From Alphaproteobacteria bacterium (lineage in GTDB: Bacteria > Pseudomonadota > Alphaproteobacteria > JASGCL01), in NCBI GenBank assembly GCA_965262775.1, contig CBDHFT010000006.1, positions 179,883 to 243,882 on the forward strand: DNA of 64,000 nucleotides, given 5' to 3'. A program made the position numbers and the translations under genes. Positions 58,298 to 64,000 of this stretch are shown here, one piece after another. A model generated the notes under the pieces. The model was not told where the DNA came from, did not search any database, and saw only the letters and a list, made by a program, of their open reading frames with translations. Position 1 is the stretch's first letter. Each line of letters opens with the position of its first letter.

Positions 58298-59248
58298 ATG
58301 AAAAAAAAATATAAAAAAATTGCGCTGTTGCTTGGCGGGCCATCGGCCGAGCGCGAAGTTTCGTTGGTGTCGGGTGCCGCGGTTTACGATGCCCTCAATG
58401 CGCTAGGCTATGAAAGCAAAAAATTTGATCCCGCCCAGACCGACGCGGCTTCCCTCGCGCAATTTAAAAAACAATTGCAAGAATTTGCGCCCGACGCTTG
58501 CTTCAACGCCCTGCATGGTCAGTTTGGTGAAGATGGTGCGGTGCAGGAAATATTGGAATCGCTCAAGATTCCCTATACCCATTCTGGGCCCGCTGCTTCG
58601 CGCCTAGCCATGAATAAATTGGCAAGTTTGAATCTCTTTCAGCAACATGGTTTATCCATTGCCAAACATGAATCTTATGACGCGACAAAGGTTAATGGAT
58701 TAACCAGCAAAGACATAACCATCGGCTTCCCCCTGGTTATCAAACCAATATACGAAGGTTCGTCGGTTGGTTTGTATATCGTTAAAACCGAAAGCGCGAT
58801 GCCCGACCTATCGTCATGGCATTTTGGTGATGCCTTGATAGAAGAATATATCGATGGGTTAGAATTAACCACCGCGGTGTTAGAAATTGATGGTGTTGCC
58901 CGTGCTTTGGCGGTGACCGAATTGCAACCCAAACGCGGCGTTTATGATTACAAGGCAAAATACCAAGACGGCGAAACAACCCATGTTTGCCCCGCCGCTA
59001 TTGCACCCGATATTTACCAACAATGTTTGGCGATGGGGCTGGCGGCGCATCGCGCTATCGGCGCGGCGGGTGTCAGCCGCAGTGATTTCCGTTATAACCC
59101 CGTCAAAAAACAATTGGTTATTTTGGAAACCAACACCCAGCCAGGCATGACCGCCCTGTCATTGGTTCCCGAACAGGCGAAGTATAAAGATATTCCCTTT
59201 ACGCAATTGGTGGAATATATTCTATCAAGTGCCAGTTTAAAATTGTAA
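58298..59248 (+). CDS. ddl: D-alanine--D-alanine ligase
   Basis: ATP-grasp. IALLLGGPSAEREVSL, ALHG.FGEDG, PLVIKP and EYI.G.E. Confidence 0.95.
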   Translation: MKKKYKKIALLLGGPSAEREVSLVSGAAVYDALNALGYESKKFDPAQTDAASLAQFKKQLQEFAPDACFNALHGQFGEDGAVQEILESLKIPYTHSGPAASRLAMNKLASLNLFQQHGLSIAKHESYDATKVNGLTSKDITIGFPLVIKPIYEGSSVGLYIVKTESAMPDLSSWHFGDALIEEYIDGLELTTAVLEIDGVARALAVTELQPKRGVYDYKAKYQDGETTHVCPAAIAPDIYQQCLAMGLAAHRAIGAAGVSRSDFRYNPVKKQLVILETNTQPGMTALSLVPEQAKYKDIPFTQLVEYILSSASLKL

Positions 59249-59267
59249 TATCAACCTGATAAAAAAC

Positions 59268-60083
59268 ATGAATCATTTTTACCATCGCCTTGCTGGTTTC
59301 ATGATATTGACCATCATTCTGGCGACTGGTGGGTTTGTCTATTTTTTTCTCTACCCGCCGCTCAACCCTGATAGTCGTCTTTATTTTATCACGCCAAGAA
59401 TCGAATCGCTGGCGCGGCGTTTGGATTTTGTGTTGCGGTCCACGGCGATAAGCCAAACCACCTTCACTTCGGAACAGGATATTGTTGGCAAGGTTTTGGC
59501 CAGCCACCAAGTTGCCTTGGGGGAAGCCTTGCCGCTTATCCCCGCGCGGGTTATAAAAAAAGAATTGGAAGCCCTGCCCATGGTGTTATCGGCGACGGTG
59601 GTGGTGCATTACCCCAGCCGCCAATTGCGTATCAATTTTGTGGAACGGCAACCCTTGGCGGTGTTATCGCCGCAAAATAAGATAATCACGCTTGATGGAC
59701 GGTTGTTACCCTTGCCATCGGCGGGTGGTGATAAATTAAAAAATATAATGCGTGTAAGGAACGAAGCGCAAGGTGAAACAGAACAGGCTAGGTTGATAAA
59801 ACACTTTTTTGAATTATATAATGGCTTGCAAGCCTATAGCCTGTTATTGGATATTGTGAGGGAAGCGCAATTTGTTGGCGGGCGACGTTGGCGTTTGTTT
59901 TTGGCGCGACCGTTGGGTAATGATGATTTGCTGGTCGAATTGCCAGAAAACCTTACCACCGAAACCCTGGCGCGCTTAAGCAAATTAATATTGGTTGATA
60001 AGGTTTTGGATTTAAAAATTGCCAAGCTTGACCTAAGACTTGAAAATCAGACTTTGGTGAGGTTATTATCGCCCAATAAATAA
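59268..60083 (+). CDS. ftsQ: Cell division protein FtsQ
   Basis: N-terminal TM, then POTRA and FtsQ beta-domain. Position between ddl and ftsA. Confidence 0.7.
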   Translation: MNHFYHRLAGFMILTIILATGGFVYFFLYPPLNPDSRLYFITPRIESLARRLDFVLRSTAISQTTFTSEQDIVGKVLASHQVALGEALPLIPARVIKKELEALPMVLSATVVVHYPSRQLRINFVERQPLAVLSPQNKIITLDGRLLPLPSAGGDKLKNIMRVRNEAQGETEQARLIKHFFELYNGLQAYSLLLDIVREAQFVGGRRWRLFLARPLGNDDLLVELPENLTTETLARLSKLILVDKVLDLKIAKLDLRLENQTLVRLLSPNK

Positions 60084-60128
60084 CAGAAGATAATAACAAA
60101 ATACAAAGTAAATGCGCTATAACAAAGA

Positions 60129-61457
60129 ATGACTTTACTAAAGAATCGTTGGTTGGCGCCCGCCGCGGCATTAAGGGACAGTTGGCAAGATTTTTCGCAA
60201 AAATTTGATAACGAGCCATTTGGCGTGCTGTCCCTGGGCAGCAGCATGATAAGGGTTGCTATTTTCAGGCGCGACCGACAAAATAATCCGCTGTTGATGG
60301 GTATCGGCATGACCCCTTCGCTGGGGTTGAAGGACGGGTTCATCACCGACTTGAAGGCTTGCCGCGACAGGGTATTTCTAGCCTTGAACCAGGCAGAAAA
60401 AATGGCAGAATATAATTTAAAACAAATTGCTGTGTTGTTTTCGGGCCCGCAACCCGTGGTGTTGATGAAGAAATACAAATTAAGCCTGGGCGGGGCGGCG
60501 GTATCGCGCCGTCATCTTGCAACCCTCAATCAAAAATTTTGGTCGCCCAAATCGGTGGAGGAATATCATTTGCTTTATCCCATACCTTTTGAATATCGGC
60601 TTGACAGCTCCCCATCCTTAAAAAATCCATTGGGGTTGGTGGGGCAAAACCTTTCCCTAACCATGGCGATGATATATGAAGAACGCCACGCCCTGCAAAA
60701 TATCGATGGATTTTTGGAGAAGTTAAATTTACCCCCGTCGTTGTTGATAGACGAAGCCATGGCGGTGGCACTTGGCATGACCTCCATCGAAGAACAAGAA
60801 ATAGGCTCCCTATCAATTCATATTGGGGCGGAGACTATCAACCTGGCGGTGATAAAAAACTTTTGCCCCATATTCATGCACCGATTTAATATGGGCGGAA
60901 GTTTTTTAACCAAACAATTGGCCAACGCCCTCGCCATTGATATAAAAACCGCGGAGGCACTCAAAAAGAATTTGCCTAATATCACGGGCCATGGCAACCC
61001 AGTGGGCAATAGCAGTCGCGACGGCGACAAGCATTTTTCCCCCAACCCATTACTGCCCCATGTGGATATGGATAAGGCCCTGTTGGTGGTGCGGGATTAT
61101 TTATCGCAAGTTTTCAATCAAGCCATCGGCATTTTAGAAAAGCATCACATCGATTATCGGCAATTATCGGTGATAACGGTAAGCGGCGGCGGTGCAAAAA
61201 TAAAGGGTTTGGACGAATTGCTCAAAGAAAAATTAAAGAAAATGGTGCGCACCACACCCACGACCGATATTAAAAATTTACCGCCATATATACATGGCAT
61301 AGAAATTGCAGGAATAATTGGCACGGCTTTATTCATCATCAAAAAACAACTTAACCAGCAACAAAAAAATATTTCCCCCGTTGATTTTTACCAACCCTTA
61401 CCCAAAAATTCTATTTTACACAACATCATCGCTTGGGCGAAAAGAAATTATGGCTAA
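60129..61457 (+). CDS. ftsA: Cell division protein FtsA (divergent actin-fold ATPase)
   Basis: Actin/Hsp70 fold blocks (SLGSSMIRVAIF, IHIGAETINLAVI, VITVSGGGAKIKGL) and a C-terminal amphipathic tail. It lies upstream of ftsZ. Confidence 0.75.
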   Translation: MTLLKNRWLAPAAALRDSWQDFSQKFDNEPFGVLSLGSSMIRVAIFRRDRQNNPLLMGIGMTPSLGLKDGFITDLKACRDRVFLALNQAEKMAEYNLKQIAVLFSGPQPVVLMKKYKLSLGGAAVSRRHLATLNQKFWSPKSVEEYHLLYPIPFEYRLDSSPSLKNPLGLVGQNLSLTMAMIYEERHALQNIDGFLEKLNLPPSLLIDEAMAVALGMTSIEEQEIGSLSIHIGAETINLAVIKNFCPIFMHRFNMGGSFLTKQLANALAIDIKTAEALKKNLPNITGHGNPVGNSSRDGDKHFSPNPLLPHVDMDKALLVVRDYLSQVFNQAIGILEKHHIDYRQLSVITVSGGGAKIKGLDELLKEKLKKMVRTTPTTDIKNLPPYIHGIEIAGIIGTALFIIKKQLNQQQKNISPVDFYQPLPKNSILHNIIAWAKRNYG

Positions 61458-61523
61458 ACCTAGAAATACCCGAAAGAACTTGTGGAATATATCGAATTAT
61501 TATAAGAATAAGGAACAAAAGTT

Positions 61524-63536
61524 ATGAGTTTTAATCCCAATATAATTGTTTTTGGCGTGGGCGGTGCGGGATGCAACGCCGTCAACAACATGGTTGAAAA
61601 GAAATTACTGGGTGTGCAATTTGTTGCCGCCAACACCGATGTGCAATCCTTGATGCACTCCAAAGCCGATATAAAAATTCAATTGGGCAGCACCCTAACC
61701 CAGGGGTTGGGTGCGGGTGGCAACCCCGAGGTTGGCCGTGAAGCGGCGCGTGAAAATACCGCTGAAATTAAGGATACTTTAAAAAATTGTAACATGTTGT
61801 TTATTACCGCGGGTATGGGCGGGGGCACGGGCACGGGTGCGGCGCCGTTGATTGCAAAAATTGCCAAAGAAATGAATATATTGACCATCGGGGTTATCAC
61901 CAAGCCATTTGGTTTTGAAGGTCGCAAAAAAATGGATGTTGCGCTTGATGGTATTCGCGCCATGAAGGATCAAGTCGGCACGTTAATTATTGTGCCCAAT
62001 CAAAATTTGATGTCGCTCGCCAACGAAAAAACCACAAACCGCGAAGCATTTATATTGGCCGATGAAGTTTTGTATAATGGTGTTGCGGGTATTAGCGATA
62101 TTATTGTGCGTCCTGGGCATATTAATTTGGATTTGGCCGACCTGCGAAGTGTGATGGCTGAAATGGGTCGCGCCGTGTTGGGCACGGGCGAGGCAAGCGG
62201 CAAAGACCGCGCCACATTGGCCGCGCAGCGCGCCATTCAAAATCCTTTATTAGAAAATACCGACATTGCGGGGGCGCGCCAATTGCTTATTAATATTTCG
62301 GGCGGCGATGACCTCACGTTATTTGAAACCGAAAAATCTATTGATATCATTGCCAAGGCGGCGGGCGAGAATTGCAATATTCATATCGGCAGTGCAAGCG
62401 ATGAGAGCTTAAAAGGCAAAATAAGGGTTTCTTTGGTGGCAACGGGTATTAAGCAAGACGGCGCGACCAGCAAATTGTCGTCAGCATTTCAATCCAACAC
62501 CGCGGATAAAACCGATGAGCATTTGGCGGCCATCAAAAATACCCCGTTAAATCCGTTTAACCCACTTCGCCCGTTGGAAGAAGAGGAAGATGCAAACATG
62601 GATGGCGAAGGTGATAATACCCATTCATCATTTATGCAACGCGACCAATTTTCGTCCGATGCCGATGACATCACGGTGCATCGCTCAAGCTATAACGGCT
62701 TGACCGCGCGGGCAGATGACAGCACCCAGGACAATTACCATGGCGACACCGATGACAATATTAACGGCGGCGAACCCATGATGAGCAGGGAGACGGATAA
62801 AAACAAAGAAGTTTCATCTTTCTCTCGGGCCATGGGGATGAATAACGAAAAGACCAGCAGTGGTGGCCGACCAATTTTTGATAATCCCTTTGCTCAGGGT
62901 GCCAATAATGTTGCGGCTGGCGGGGAAGCGGTATCGTTGGATGATATCGAGGAAGCAGGCACGGTGCATAGAAGTTTTGCAACCAAAAGCTCGACCGATA
63001 CCCACGACCCCGTGAAAGAAGCCATGGCGGATTTTGACGATTTTTCAAAAAATATCATAGGCGACGAAGCCAGGGATGCTCGGCGTTTGGCCACCAGCCA
63101 ACATGACGATGGGCGTGGTGATTCGGGCGATGATGGCGACATCAACCAACATTATGCCGCCTGGCAATTGGCAAGGCAAAAACGCGAGGAAGAAGATGCC
63201 GCCGCCTTAGACAGGAATTCAATCTATCAAGAAAAAAACCTTGCCGAGAAAAAGAAGCCAGGTTTGATGAAGAGATTCTTTGGGGGTTTTTTTGGTTCGG
63301 CCGAGGATGAAGACGAAGACGAAGATGTAATGCAAGATGTTGCCAGTCAACGTTGGGCAAGGTATCCTGAGGTAGTTGACCTGCGCGGTGAAGCGGCCGA
63401 TGATGGCGCCCCCCCGATGAAGCGTAGCACCAAAGTTGATAAAGTGAAAAAAGCCAGCGCGCGCAAAAACGCCGAGGCGGTGGATGATGGCGAAGCTTCT
63501 TTATCTGACCTTTTTTCGGTGCGCCGTAACGATTAG
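61524..63536 (+). CDS. ftsZ: Cell division GTPase FtsZ with an unusually long (~330-aa) acidic disordered C-terminal linker
   Basis: GVGGAGCNAV, tubulin signature GGGTGTGAAP, NTD and T7 loop, all within the first ~320 aa. A D/E/N-rich low-complexity linker follows, ending ...DDGEASLSDLFSVRRND, which resembles the conserved C-terminal DIPAFLRRQ peptide. Confidence 0.9.
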   Translation: MSFNPNIIVFGVGGAGCNAVNNMVEKKLLGVQFVAANTDVQSLMHSKADIKIQLGSTLTQGLGAGGNPEVGREAARENTAEIKDTLKNCNMLFITAGMGGGTGTGAAPLIAKIAKEMNILTIGVITKPFGFEGRKKMDVALDGIRAMKDQVGTLIIVPNQNLMSLANEKTTNREAFILADEVLYNGVAGISDIIVRPGHINLDLADLRSVMAEMGRAVLGTGEASGKDRATLAAQRAIQNPLLENTDIAGARQLLINISGGDDLTLFETEKSIDIIAKAAGENCNIHIGSASDESLKGKIRVSLVATGIKQDGATSKLSSAFQSNTADKTDEHLAAIKNTPLNPFNPLRPLEEEEDANMDGEGDNTHSSFMQRDQFSSDADDITVHRSSYNGLTARADDSTQDNYHGDTDDNINGGEPMMSRETDKNKEVSSFSRAMGMNNEKTSSGGRPIFDNPFAQGANNVAAGGEAVSLDDIEEAGTVHRSFATKSSTDTHDPVKEAMADFDDFSKNIIGDEARDARRLATSQHDDGRGDSGDDGDINQHYAAWQLARQKREEEDAAALDRNSIYQEKNLAEKKKPGLMKRFFGGFFGSAEDEDEDEDVMQDVASQRWARYPEVVDLRGEAADDGAPPMKRSTKVDKVKKASARKNAEAVDDGEASLSDLFSVRRND

Positions 63537-63696
63537 TTGCCGCCCCCCTAGGGCAGGGCATCCATGGGCGTTTATGGTCACCAAAAAAGCGTGTGAAAGA
63601 TAAGCGACAGGATAAAAGGCCAATTGCCACTTTAACATATGTTTGATATAGAACAGGTTATAAAAAAAACTTTGCGACCCATTTATTATTACCGTC

Positions 63697-63973
63697 ATGC
63701 AATTTAAGAAAGCTATTTTTTTACTCTTTACCTTGGGAATTCTTTACGGGATTACCAACACGGCCTTGCAAACCTACCGCTTGTTTAAAAAAAAACCAAG
63801 AGATAGCAGCATTAAAGAATCAGCAAAAACAATGGCAAGAAAAAAACCAAATCTTAGGCAAAAAAATAAAATCGTTGGATAGCACCCATCCCGATAAAGA
63901 TTTTTTGGAAGAACTAGCGCGCGAAAAATTGGGCTACAATTATTCTGATGATATCCATTTAAAAGACCATTAG
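63697..63973 (+). CDS. ftsB: FtsB/DivIC-like septum formation initiator, frameshifted at an A9 run (63787-63795)
   Basis: The 61-aa ORF stops early. With A8 the frame continues as MQFKKAIFLLFTLGILYGITNTALQTYRLFKKNQEIAALKNQQKQWQEKNQILGKKIKSLDSTHPDKDFLEELAREKLGYNYSDDIHLKDH, that is TM, coiled coil, then the FtsB C-terminal DPDYIEELARE.LG motif, ending at the TAG at 63971. Confidence 0.65.
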
Positions 63974-64000
63974 TATTTTTTGTTTGCTATGGGGATGAAA

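Noticed and set aside
63142-63630. 162-aa minus-strand ORF across the ftsZ 3' end
   Set aside because: Antisense to the GA-rich acidic linker of ftsZ. This gives an Arg/Pro-rich artefactual ORF.

Overview
The window reads as a 64-kb chromosomal segment of an alphaproteobacterium, possibly host-associated. Evidence for the taxon: a circularly permuted two-piece tmRNA, plant-type GshA, an Rrf2-sufBCDS-sufT cluster and a dcw cluster in the canonical order. Evidence for host association: a secreted ankyrin-repeat protein and remnants of a cadherin-repeat giant adhesin. Most of the window is housekeeping: trmD-rplS, kdsA-eno, dcd, recG, rph, rpsT, gshA, rsmE, gpmI, the suf operon, trmB, and the complete dcw/fts-mur cluster from mraZ to ftsZ. 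The accessory content is (i) a visibly AT-rich insert between a dimethylglycine/sarcosine dehydrogenase gene and yfgM-bamB, encoding a full-length MmeI-family Type IIL restriction-modification enzyme and a convergent, stop-overlapping small Cys/His zinc-binding protein; (ii) a ferric-iron ABC transporter operon (fbpA, cupredoxin, fbpB, fbpC) carrying an embedded type-1-copper cupredoxin gene; (iii) a non-pyrrolysine MttB-family methyltransferase gene. Two tRNAs were found, Pro-GGG and an initiator-like Met-CAU. A two-piece tmRNA gene missed by the ORF track lies at 26.66-27.05 kb and encodes the tag ANDNERGVALAA. The dcw cluster carries several homopolymer frameshifts: murD, ftsW three times, murG at an A9 run, and an ftsB-like gene at another A9 run. 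These are either sequencing indels or genuine poly(A) slippage sites typical of endosymbionts. A 3x10-bp direct-repeat MraZ operator overlaps a consensus promoter upstream of mraZ. No CRISPR arrays, transposases or integrases were seen.
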